Part shown: piece after piece, positions 34,682 to 43,848 of the stretch
Position numbering within the stretch: the first letter of the stretch is position 1
Layout: every line of letters starts with the position of its first letter
Assembly (NCBI GenBank): GCA_035944135.1
Contig: DASZBM010000006.1
Span: 87,510 to 151,509, forward strand
Source: Acidobacteriaceae bacterium
GTDB lineage: Bacteria; Acidobacteriota; Terriglobia; Terriglobales; Acidobacteriaceae
Direction of reading: 5' to 3'
Length of the DNA: 64,000 nt
Made by a program: the position numbers and the translations under genes
The notes under the pieces: model-generated
Databases searched by the model: none
Seen by the model: the letters and a program-made list of their open reading frames with translations, nothing else
Told to the model about the DNA's origin: nothing

Positions 34682-36367
34682 ATGGCTTTGACCTTTAACG
34701 GCCCCGATTCTTTGCACCAGAAGCTCGAGCTCGTGGCGCACACCGGCCTGCTGCTCGCTCGCAACGCCCAACTTGAAGCGATTACGCAGCGCGCAACGGA
34801 CGCCGCGCTGCAACTCACAGGCGCGGAGTTTGGTTCATTCGTCTGTAATCAGTCCACGCCGCACGCCGGCAGTTACGTCTTCTACACCGTCTCCGGCACT
34901 GGCACAAACCGTTCGTCCACCTTCCCGGCTCATGCCGCGCTGGCCGCTCCGCTCAAAGATCGCACCATCATCCGCTCGCGGGACATCGGCCGCGACACCC
35001 GTTTCCGCGGTCCGATTCCCGGTGACGGCCTCCCGCACGAAACCCGCACCATCCGCAGCTATCTCGTCGTTCCAGTCCGGAACCTCACCGGCGAGATCCT
35101 CGGCGCGTTCGTCCTCGGCCACGAAGAACCCGACGTCTTCGACGAAACCGCCGAGCTCCTCATATGTACTCTCGCCTCGCAGACCGCCGTTGCGATCGAA
35201 AACGCCCGCGCCCGCACACTGCTCTCCCGCCAGATCGGCGATCTGGACCGCGTTCACGCCCAGATGAACGTCGACGCCAAGCGCCTCGGCGAGCTCGCCG
35301 CCATCGTCGAGGGCTCCGACGACGCGATCATCAGCAAGGACCTCGACGGCGTCATCACCAGCTGGAACAAAGCCGCGCAACGCATCCTCGGTTACACGGC
35401 CGACGAGATCATCGGCAAGTCCGTCCTCACGCTCATCCCCGAGCATCTCCAGGGCGACGAGCCGGTCATCATCTCCAAAATCAGCGCCGGTGAGCGCATC
35501 GAGCACTTCGAGACCGTTCGCCGCACCAAGTCCGGCGAGCTCCTCGACGTCTCTCTCACCATCTCTCCCATCCGCGACGCGAGCGGCCAGATCGTCGGCG
35601 CCTCCAAGATCCTCCGCGATTTCTCCCACCGCAAGCGGATCGAAAACTCGCTCATTCAGGCGGAAAAGATCGCCGCAACCGGACGCATGGCCGCCACCAT
35701 TGCGCACGAGATCAACAATCCGCTCGAGGCCGTCCTCAATCTCCTCTACCTTATGCGCCCGCTCGTCGAGGGTGACGGTAAAACCTATCTCTCGACGGCC
35801 GAGATCGAGCTCAATCGCGTCGCGCACATCGCCAAGCAGACGCTCGGCTACTACCGCGAGCACAGCTCCGCAGTCTGCATCTCTCTCGCGCAGCTGGTCG
35901 ATCACGCACTCGCCGTCTACAGTCCGCGCTGCTCCGCCTACAACATCGAGGTCGAACGCTGCGTCGATAGCTCCGCGAAGATCGTTGTTCGCCGCGGCGA
36001 GATGATGCAGGTCATCTCCAACCTTCTCGCGAACGCCATCTACGCCATGGGCGAGGGCGGCCGTCTGTCCGTTTGTCTCACCGACGTTCAGACGCCAGCT
36101 CCGGGCGTCCTGCTGACCATCGCAGACAACGGCGTCGGCATTCCCCAGGAGAATTTGAGCAAAGTTTTCGAGGCCTTCTTCACTACCCGCCTGATGATTG
36201 GAACCGGCATAGGCCTCTTCGTGGCAAAGCAGTTCGTCGAGGGCCACGGAGGCCAGATCGGGATCGAAAGTAGCACCGATCCCGAAAAACACGGCACAAA
36301 GGTCTCCGTCTTCCTTCCCCTGCACACCATCTACGAAAAGACCCTCGATCCCGCCCCCATCGCCTGA
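34682..36367 (+). CDS. Sensor histidine kinase with GAF and PAS domains
   Basis: Start ATG at 34682. GAF domain, then PAS (IISKDLDGVITSWNKAAQRILGY), H-box MAATIAHEINNPL, and HATPase N/G boxes (NLLANAIYA, DNGVGIP, GTGIGL). No adjacent response regulator. Confidence 0.9.
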   Translation: MALTFNGPDSLHQKLELVAHTGLLLARNAQLEAITQRATDAALQLTGAEFGSFVCNQSTPHAGSYVFYTVSGTGTNRSSTFPAHAALAAPLKDRTIIRSRDIGRDTRFRGPIPGDGLPHETRTIRSYLVVPVRNLTGEILGAFVLGHEEPDVFDETAELLICTLASQTAVAIENARARTLLSRQIGDLDRVHAQMNVDAKRLGELAAIVEGSDDAIISKDLDGVITSWNKAAQRILGYTADEIIGKSVLTLIPEHLQGDEPVIISKISAGERIEHFETVRRTKSGELLDVSLTISPIRDASGQIVGASKILRDFSHRKRIENSLIQAEKIAATGRMAATIAHEINNPLEAVLNLLYLMRPLVEGDGKTYLSTAEIELNRVAHIAKQTLGYYREHSSAVCISLAQLVDHALAVYSPRCSAYNIEVERCVDSSAKIVVRRGEMMQVISNLLANAIYAMGEGGRLSVCLTDVQTPAPGVLLTIADNGVGIPQENLSKVFEAFFTTRLMIGTGIGLFVAKQFVEGHGGQIGIESSTDPEKHGTKVSVFLPLHTIYEKTLDPAPIA

Positions 36368-36479
36368 CCTCGGACCCGCCAAAAATCCTGTCAAGCCCCG
36401 AATCCCGTGTAAACCCTCGCATCCTCAACAAAACGCACGCGTTCTGCCGTGTACAGATCCGCGGAAATAATTACGCTCA

Positions 36480-36677
36480 ACTCGATAAAATAGAACAATA
36501 AGACTTCACAGCTACGGGTGGGCGGCCAGCCTGTGTCGCTTCCCCCTAAGTCTCTGATTCCAGATACTTTGATTTTTAAGCCTATTAGAATCAAGACTTT
36601 GCACACAAAGTCCAGACCTAAGTCCAATCTTCTGAAGACTTTGCGCAAATTCACCGGGGGAGGGGGCACCTACCCCC
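36480..36677 (-). repeat. Dispersed intergenic repeat, copy B (inverted relative to copy A)
   Basis: Reverse complement reads gccccctcccccggtgaatttgcgcaaagtcttcagaagattggacttaggtctggactttgtgtgcaaagtcttg..., matching 11326-11385. Iterated words aagactttgc / cctaagtc. Overlaps the NUDIX stop codon by a few nt. Confidence 0.7.
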
Positions 36678-37248
36678 GATCCCTCCACACCCGATAAACG
36701 CCCCAGGCTGCGGCCGAGCAGTTATCCATCACCCGCCCGTCCAGCAGCATCGCCTCAAATTCGCTCACGCGGACGCGATGCACCGTCATGTCATGCTCCT
36801 CCGGCTCGCGCTCATGCTGTCCCTCGGTCAGCCCTTCGGCCAGGAACACATGGTGTAGCTGCCGCATAACGCCATAGCCGATCCAGAGCTTCGCCAGCTC
36901 GGTCATCCGCTCGGCGCGCAGGCCGGTCTCCTCGCGCAGCTCCCCGCGCGCCATCTCCTCCGGATCAACCTCTGCCTGCTCCCACCCACCCTGCGGCAGT
37001 TCGAAGTAAGTTCCCCCCACCGTGTACCGGAACTGCCGCACCAGCCACAAAAAATCTCCATCAGCAGTACGCTCGATCGGAATCACGATGCAAGCAGGAT
37101 CCTTATCCACGACACCGTAGATTCCGCGCTGGCCGTTTGACCGCTCGATGACATCCTCGCGGACACTCGTCCACGCATTCCGATAGACCTCTCGACTGCT
37201 GATGGTCCTGATGACCTCGTCCGCCACGTCAGATAGCTCCTGCCTCAA
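36670..37248 (-). CDS. NUDIX hydrolase (ADP-ribose pyrophosphatase-like)
   Basis: 192 aa. Nudix box GGWEQAEVDPEEMARGELREETGL. Confidence 0.88.
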   Translation of the reverse strand: MRQELSDVADEVIRTISSREVYRNAWTSVREDVIERSNGQRGIYGVVDKDPACIVIPIERTADGDFLWLVRQFRYTVGGTYFELPQGGWEQAEVDPEEMARGELREETGLRAERMTELAKLWIGYGVMRQLHHVFLAEGLTEGQHEREPEEHDMTVHRVRVSEFEAMLLDGRVMDNCSAAAWGVYRVWRDRG

Positions 37249-37263
37249 TGCTACCTGCGCGAC

Positions 37264-39015
37264 TCACGATTCCTCGGTCCGTTCGAGGATCGCGAGGCTC
37301 ATCTTCGGCAGCGCTATCTGTCCGGCCGAGAGCACGGTCCCCTCGCTCGAGCTCAATCGCACCTTCTCGCCGCCGAGCATATCCGTCTTCACAGGTGTGT
37401 CGCCAAGGTTCGCCAGGATGCGCACCTTCCCGCGCTGCATCACCAGCGACTTGTCCTGCTCCCGGCACGCCACCTTGAGGTGGCCGAGATCACCGTCGTT
37501 CAGGCTGACGGTAGTCCGGCGCAATCGGATCAGCTGCTTCACCCAGTCGAGCATCTTCTGGTGATTGCCCTCGTGGATTTCACTCCAGATCAGCTTCGAG
37601 CGTTCGAAGGTCTCTTCAGCTTCGGGATCGGGAATCGATGACTCGTCCCACCCGAAGGCCGCGAAGTCACGCTTGCGCCCCTCGGAAACCAGCCGGCGCA
37701 TCTCCTCCTCCTCGTGATCCGCGAAGTAGAGGAACGGCGACGAGGCGGCGAACTCCTCACCCATGAACAGCATGGGAACGAACGGAGCCGTGAGCACGAT
37801 GCCCAACGCAACCTTTGCCGCGTCCATGCCGACAAGATGCTCCAGCCGCTCTCCGATAGCGCGATTGCCGACCTGATCGTGATTCTGGATGTAGCCAAGG
37901 AAGTGATGCGCGGAGAGCCCGTCCACGGGACGCCCGTGCCGGTGGTCGCGATAACGCGAGTGGATTCCGTCGTAGACAAACACGTGCTTGAGGCTCTTGA
38001 CGAGATCGTCCATCGTGCCGAAGTCGTCGTAGTAGCCGCGACCCGGGTCGCTCCACAGCAACGTGAAGAGCGAGTGGTGGAAGTCATCGCTCCACTGCGC
38101 GTCCATGCCATAACCGTGCGCCTCGCGCGGGCGCACAAACTTCGGATCGTTCAGGTCGCTTTCCGCGATAAGAACGAACCTGCGACCGATCGTCGCGCCG
38201 ATGCGCTCGACCTCCGCCGAGAGCTGCTCCATGAAGTGCACCGCGGAGCGGTCGATGAACTCGTGCGTGGCGTCGAGGCGGAGACCATCGACGTGATAGT
38301 CCTTCAGCCACATCAGCGCGTTGTCGCAGAAGAACCTGCGGACCTCATCGCTTCCGCTCTCGTTGAAGTTTACTGCTGCGCCCCACGGCGTGTGGTACCG
38401 CTCCGTAAGATACGGTGCGAACTTGTTGGTGTAATTCCCTACCGGGCCGAAGTGGTTATACACGACGTCCAGAATGACCGCGAGGTTCTTCGCGTGGCAG
38501 GCGTCGATGAAGCGCTTGAATCCGTCAGGACCGCCGTAGGGTTCGAACGGCGCGAAGAGGAAGACGCCGTCGTAGCCCCAGCCGCGCTGGCCGGCGAACT
38601 CATTGATCGGCATCAGTTCCACGTGGGTGATGCCGAGATCGACGAGGTAATCCAGGTGTTCGATCGCGCTGTCGAAGGTTCCCTCTTTGCTGAAGGTTCC
38701 GATGTGCAGCTCGTAGAGGATCGCGGCTGAGAGCGGAGGCGAGTGCCAGTTTTTGTCCGTCCATTGGAAAGCGTTTTGGTCATATGTGCGCGAGAAGGAA
38801 TGCACACCGCGGGGCTGCCACGCACTGCGCGGATCGGGATACGGTGTAGGGTCGTCATCCACCAGAAAGGCATAGTCGGTACCGGGCCCGACGTCCTGCA
38901 CGGAGACGCACCACCAACCCGTCTGGTCCGGTCCTTCCATAGCGAGCGGCTCGCGATTCACTAATTGCAGCTTCAGCTTCTCGGCGCGGGGCGCCCATAT
39001 CCGGAACTCTTGCAT
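37264..39015 (-). CDS. treZ: Malto-oligosyltrehalose trehalohydrolase (GH13)
   Basis: 583 aa. N-terminal CBM48-like domain. GH13 regions VILDVVYNH, GLRLDATH, AESDLND and QNHDQVGNR. Confidence 0.93.
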   Translation of the reverse strand: MQEFRIWAPRAEKLKLQLVNREPLAMEGPDQTGWWCVSVQDVGPGTDYAFLVDDDPTPYPDPRSAWQPRGVHSFSRTYDQNAFQWTDKNWHSPPLSAAILYELHIGTFSKEGTFDSAIEHLDYLVDLGITHVELMPINEFAGQRGWGYDGVFLFAPFEPYGGPDGFKRFIDACHAKNLAVILDVVYNHFGPVGNYTNKFAPYLTERYHTPWGAAVNFNESGSDEVRRFFCDNALMWLKDYHVDGLRLDATHEFIDRSAVHFMEQLSAEVERIGATIGRRFVLIAESDLNDPKFVRPREAHGYGMDAQWSDDFHHSLFTLLWSDPGRGYYDDFGTMDDLVKSLKHVFVYDGIHSRYRDHRHGRPVDGLSAHHFLGYIQNHDQVGNRAIGERLEHLVGMDAAKVALGIVLTAPFVPMLFMGEEFAASSPFLYFADHEEEEMRRLVSEGRKRDFAAFGWDESSIPDPEAEETFERSKLIWSEIHEGNHQKMLDWVKQLIRLRRTTVSLNDGDLGHLKVACREQDKSLVMQRGKVRILANLGDTPVKTDMLGGEKVRLSSSEGTVLSAGQIALPKMSLAILERTEES

Positions 39016-39052
39016 CGACGTTTCCTCGGTCTCCTCAGGCTGTTCAGATGCG

Positions 39053-41755
39053 TCAGCGCCCGTGCTGGCTGCGCCGCTCGCGGGTTAGCAGTGACACAGG
39101 AAAAACCGCGAATAAATTTTCAATTTGTTGAAGACCTTCAAAGTTCTGACCGGTGAGGCAGTTCGTCCAGCGGCCTTCCGGCAACTCGAGCGTCGTTTCA
39201 TCCCACGAAGTTCGGGACTGCGTCCAGCGAGGAACGACGGTCAGGATGTCGCCAGCGCGGGTGTAGGCAATGACGCGGTCCGCGTGCGGGCCCTGCGCCT
39301 TGCAGGGTCTATACGGTGCCTCCGGACCGAAGCTGTGCGCGCGCTCGCGGCGGAGCCAAAGGGCGTGGTGAATCACCCAGAGCTTCGGCAGTCCCTCGTC
39401 CATACGCTGCATCACCTGCTCGGCGGTCATGGAACGCATCTCCTTGAGCAGTTTGCGGCGAAGATCGTAATCGACGGGTCTGCGATTGTCAGGGTCGACA
39501 AGCGAGTGATCCCAGAGCTCGGCGCCCTGATAGAGATCGGGCACGCCAGGTGAGGTGTACTTCAGGAGCGTTTGCGCGAGCGAGTTAACGCGGCCTGCGT
39601 AGTTGATCTTGTTTACGAACTCCTCGAGCTCCGAGATGAATTTCACGTCGCCGAGAAGTGAATCAACAAATTTGCGCAGCGCCTCTTCATACTCGTTGTT
39701 CTGCGAGACCCAGCTGGTCCTCAGCTTCGCCTCGCGCATGGCCTTTTCCATGTAATTCCGCAGACGCTCGGCGTTTATGGGCCACGCACCGATGATCGTC
39801 TGATACAGGAACCATTCGGTGCCGCGATCGATGACGCCGCCGGAGGTGTAGCGCGCGTTGTGGCGGCTCCAATGCTCGGCGAGCTGATGGAACTCGTCGG
39901 GAACTTCCGAGAGCACCGCAAGACGCGCGCGCACATCGTCGCTGCGTTTTGTGTCATGCGTGCTGAGCGTGGTCATCGTCTGCGGAAAGGTCCGCTGCGT
40001 CGCTTCGTTGTAGGTGTGGAAGTAGTCGAGCGAGAATCCGTCGCAGTCAGGATCTCCGCCAACTTCGTTCATCGCCGTGAGGCGATTGGAGCAGTAGAAC
40101 GCAGTGTCTTCGACGCCTTTGGCCATTACCGGACTGGTGAATTGCTGGAAGCGGTAGACAAACTCGCGCTCCTTTTCGCCGCGGACCCTGAGCGTGAGTA
40201 CATCGCGCATGAAACTGAACAGCAAGCCATCGATGTCCTGGCGATTGTCGTTCGCGCAATGAGTTGCACGCGCGATGATGTTGATGTCTTCGTCGGTGAT
40301 CTCGTCGCGATCAGGAACGACGTAGGTGCGATAGATCGCGAAACATGCCGCAACCTCACGGATGGCCCGGCGGATCTCGGCGCGCGTGAAGTCGCGATAT
40401 TCACGGCTGGATTCGCAGATCTCGACGAAGAGGCTGGCGAGACGATTGACGTCACTGCCGAGAGCCTCCTGCGCGACGTTCATCTTCTTGTCGTGCGCCA
40501 CGACGGGGTATGGCGTCGTGTCGCCGGTGTATTCCGCGTAGTACTCGCCGAGCTGGTTGAGGCCATCAGGCTTTACGAGCACGCCCAGCGCGACGTTCAG
40601 GAAGTCGTAGCCGGTGGTTCCTTCGATGGGCCAGCTCGCGCGCAGCCACTCGCCGGGCTCGAGGATCTTCTCGCCGATGATCCATGCATCAGGGGCACGC
40701 TGGCGCAGACGTTGGAAGTACTGGAGCGGGTCGCGAAGCCCGTCGGGGTGGTCAACGCGTATGCCATCGAGCACCCCATGGTGTAGCCACTTGAGGATGA
40801 GCGCGTGTGTCTCTTCAAAGACATACTCGCGTTCGACGCGGAGACCGATGAGCGTGTTCACATCGAAAAAGCGGCGATAGCCGAGCTGCTGATCGGCAGT
40901 CTTCCAGTAGGCAATGCGGAAGTGCTGCTGCTCAAGGAATGCATGCAGGGTATCGACGTTTTCGTTCAGCTCGCGCACAGCGCGATCCACACCGTCGCGC
41001 ACACGGTCTTCTTTGAGGAGCCGCCCCAGCAGGCTGTGCAGCACGACCTTATCGCGATGGCGCGCAAGAACAGTGCGGCGATCCGAGAACTCTGCGACAG
41101 GAAGCCGGCCGTAGCTTGCCGCGAGGAAGTTCAGTGTGTCGCTCTTGGCATACTCGGCGGCGAGATTGAGCAGACCGGAGAGGCTTTCGGGCGCGACAGG
41201 GAGCGTCTGGCCGGAGGCTTTGACGACGAAGGTGGCGCCCTGGCGTGCGAGGACGATGCCTCCCCTGCTCAGCACACTGCCGTACTGGTCTTCGAGGATG
41301 GGGACGAGCACCTTGTCGCGCAGGCGTTCTTCGTTGGGGTTCCAGTCGATGTCGAAGAAGCTGTCGTAGCGGCTGTTGTGTCCGTTCTCGAGGACATCGT
41401 GCCAGTAGCGGTTCTGCTCGCCAAGGCTCATGTGATTCGGCACAATGTCGAGCACCTGGCCGAGACCGACCTCGCCGAGACGCTTGCAGAAACGGGCGTG
41501 GCCTTCTGCGCCGCCGAGCTCTTCATTGACGCGGCGATGATCGACGACGTCATAACCGTGCATGCTGTTGGGTGCAGCCTGCAGATAGGGCGAGCTGTAC
41601 ACGTGGCTGACACCGAGCTCGCGAATGTAGTCGGCGACGGCCGAGGCGTCGTCAAAGGTGAAGCCTTTGTGCAACTGCAGCCTGTAGGTCGCGCTGGGCA
41701 CTCGCTTCACGGGTGTGGAATCTCCTTTACAGATCTGCAACAGCGTGCAGGCCAC
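39053..41755 (-). CDS. treY: Malto-oligosyltrehalose synthase (GH13)
   Basis: ATYRLQLHKGFTFDDASAVADYIRELGVSHVYSSPYLQA...HGYDVVDH. About 885-900 aa. A likelier start is the GTG at 41710 (after AAGGAG) rather than the GTG at 41755. Confidence 0.93.
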   Translation of the reverse strand: MACTLLQICKGDSTPVKRVPSATYRLQLHKGFTFDDASAVADYIRELGVSHVYSSPYLQAAPNSMHGYDVVDHRRVNEELGGAEGHARFCKRLGEVGLGQVLDIVPNHMSLGEQNRYWHDVLENGHNSRYDSFFDIDWNPNEERLRDKVLVPILEDQYGSVLSRGGIVLARQGATFVVKASGQTLPVAPESLSGLLNLAAEYAKSDTLNFLAASYGRLPVAEFSDRRTVLARHRDKVVLHSLLGRLLKEDRVRDGVDRAVRELNENVDTLHAFLEQQHFRIAYWKTADQQLGYRRFFDVNTLIGLRVEREYVFEETHALILKWLHHGVLDGIRVDHPDGLRDPLQYFQRLRQRAPDAWIIGEKILEPGEWLRASWPIEGTTGYDFLNVALGVLVKPDGLNQLGEYYAEYTGDTTPYPVVAHDKKMNVAQEALGSDVNRLASLFVEICESSREYRDFTRAEIRRAIREVAACFAIYRTYVVPDRDEITDEDINIIARATHCANDNRQDIDGLLFSFMRDVLTLRVRGEKEREFVYRFQQFTSPVMAKGVEDTAFYCSNRLTAMNEVGGDPDCDGFSLDYFHTYNEATQRTFPQTMTTLSTHDTKRSDDVRARLAVLSEVPDEFHQLAEHWSRHNARYTSGGVIDRGTEWFLYQTIIGAWPINAERLRNYMEKAMREAKLRTSWVSQNNEYEEALRKFVDSLLGDVKFISELEEFVNKINYAGRVNSLAQTLLKYTSPGVPDLYQGAELWDHSLVDPDNRRPVDYDLRRKLLKEMRSMTAEQVMQRMDEGLPKLWVIHHALWLRRERAHSFGPEAPYRPCKAQGPHADRVIAYTRAGDILTVVPRWTQSRTSWDETTLELPEGRWTNCLTGQNFEGLQQIENLFAVFPVSLLTRERRSQHGR

Positions 41756-41841
41756 AGTTTTGGTGTCAGGGTTGGAGATCTAATTGCAGTCTCTCTCCCG
41801 ATAGAGTCGCTGGGATGCGGACGAGGTTGCATCCGCGAGTG

Positions 41842-43689
41842 CTAGAGGCTGGGCGAGTACGGTTCAGGTTGCCATTGGCCGGACACTGTAAACGCCGCGT
41901 GCGCCAGTGCGATATGCGAGAGGGCCTGCGGGAAGTTACCCAGCATGCGGCCGTTCTTCGCATCGTACTCCTCGCTGAGCAAACCGACATCATTGGTGAG
42001 TGAAAGGAGACGCTCGAAGAGGCGCGTTGATTCGTCCTTGCGGTTGATGAGCCAGAGGCAGACGACGAGCCAGAAGCTGCAGGCGAGGAAGGCGCCTTCA
42101 CAGCCGCTGAGGCCATCCTTGGTCTTTGCGGCGTTGTAACGCTGGACCAAGCCATCCCTCATGAGGTGCTTCTGGATGGCGTCGATGGTGCCGATGATGC
42201 GGGGATCGTCGGGCGGAAGGAAGCCGACGAGCGCAAGGCGCAGGCAGGAGGCGTCGACGTTGCTGGAACCGTAGCTTTGCGTGAAGGAGTTGAGGCGTTT
42301 GTTGAAGCCTTTTTTGCAGATTTCAGCGTGAAGCTTGTCGCGATTCTTGCGCCAGCGTTTTACATCGCCGGCGCCGTCGTAGTGTTCGTGATGCTTGATG
42401 GCGCGGTCGAGCGCGACCCAGGCCATGACCTTGCTGTGCACGAAGTGCTTGCGTCCGCCCCGAACCTCCCAGATGCCTTCGTCGGGAAGGTGCCAGATGT
42501 CGCAGAGGTGATCCATGAGGTAGCCCTGCAGATCGGCTGCGGGCACGCGGATGTCGTCTGTAGCCTCAGGAGTGCGGGCGAGCGCGGCGCTGACTTCGCC
42601 GTAGACGTCGAGCTGAAACTGTTCGGAGGCGGCGTTGCCGATGCGGACGGGCTGCGAACACTCATAGCCGGGCAGTCAGGCAGCCTCCCACTCGATGAGC
42701 TTGCGCTCGCCGCCGATGCCGTAGAGGGTTTGGAGCTGATCGGGGTTGCCGGCGATGGCGCGGAGAAGCCAGAGCCGCCAGCCCACGGCTTCGTCCGTGT
42801 AGCCGGCGCGCATGAGGACCATCAAGGTGAAGGCGGTGTCACGCAGCCAGCAGTAGCGGTAGTCCCAGTTGCGCTCGCCGCCGATTTCCTCGGGAAGGCC
42901 TGCCGTGACGGCGGCGACGATGCCGCCGGTGGGGTGGTAGGTCATCGCTTTGAGCGTGAGGAGCGAGCGCTCGACGATGTCTTTGTAAGGACCGTCGTAT
43001 TTGGAGCGGCCGATCCACTCGCGCCAGAAACTTTCAGTGTCATTGAACGCGTCGTCGACGGGGACGGGTTCCGGGACCTTCTCGATCGAACTGGCATAGG
43101 TTAGGACGAAGCATTGTTGATGGCCGGCGCGGAGGGTGAACTCGCTGACGGTGGTGAGGCGTTCGCCGTGGAGCTCGGCGGCCTTGGAGCCGGCGCAACT
43201 GCTGCGAAGCACGACCATGTTCGGGCCGGCGACGGCGCGGATTTCGTGGTCGGCGCTGGTGACCCAGGGAACGGTGAGGCCGTAGTCGAAGCGCAGCGCG
43301 AGCTCCATGCGGATGGCGACTTTCCCGCGTGTGCAGCGAAGGATGCGCACGACGTCAGAGTGTTTGCCGCGGGGCGGCATGAAATCGGTGAGCAGAAGCT
43401 CGCCGGACGCGGTGGTGAAGGTGGTCTCGAGGATGAGGGTGCCGGGGCGGTAGCGGCGCTGAATGGCGGTAATCTTGTCGCGCGGGCGAAGGCTCCAGTA
43501 GCCGTTGTCCCGCGTGCCGAGCAGCGCTGCGAAGCAGGCTCCAGAGGCGAAGGTAGGCCAGCAGAGCCAGTCGATAGAGCCCTCGCGACTGACGAGCGCG
43601 GCGGTTTCGAGGTCGCCGATGACGGCGTAGTCCTCAATGCGCGCACCGTGGAGAGGTTTGCGGTCGTGCTTTCGAAACCACTCTGGCAA
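41842..43689 (-). pseudogene. Glycoside hydrolase family 15 (glucoamylase/trehalase-like) gene interrupted by a single in-frame TGA
   Basis: Track ORFs 42676..43689 and 41842..42546 are in the same frame. Reading through gives ..GERKLIEWEAA*LPGYECSQPVRIGNAASEQFQLDVYGEV... The stop (42678-42676) sits where I recall GH15 homologs having W (WLPGYE). Confidence 0.7.
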
Positions 43690-43848
43690 AGAAGTCTCCG
43701 TTTCGCGACCTCATGCAGGTTTTTCGGGCTTGCGCTCACGAGTCTGCAGTTTCTGCTTCTAATGAGGTTGGATGCAGGCCGGCCCGAGGGCAACCGCGGG
43801 CGAGTTAGACTGCAACGGCAGATTGATTTTTTTGACGGAGGCCGCAGC

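Noticed and set aside
34835-36394. 519-aa minus-strand ORF, and similar long antisense ORFs (11417..12421, 15847..17316, 26186..27451, 27710..28768, 33003..34028, 37714..38730, 40805..41845, 46219..47364)
   Set aside because: Each overlaps, on the opposite strand, a gene with strong family signatures. Their products are Gly/Asp/Val/Ala/Arg-rich repeats characteristic of antisense frames in high-GC genes.
42676-42678. The in-frame TGA in the GH15 gene as selenocysteine or genome-wide TGA-to-Trp reassignment
   Set aside because: The position appears to correspond to Trp rather than Cys in homologs, and I see no SECIS-like hairpin immediately downstream. Many other genes in the window clearly terminate at TGA (for example 1374, 55746, 57512, 59173), so the code is standard.
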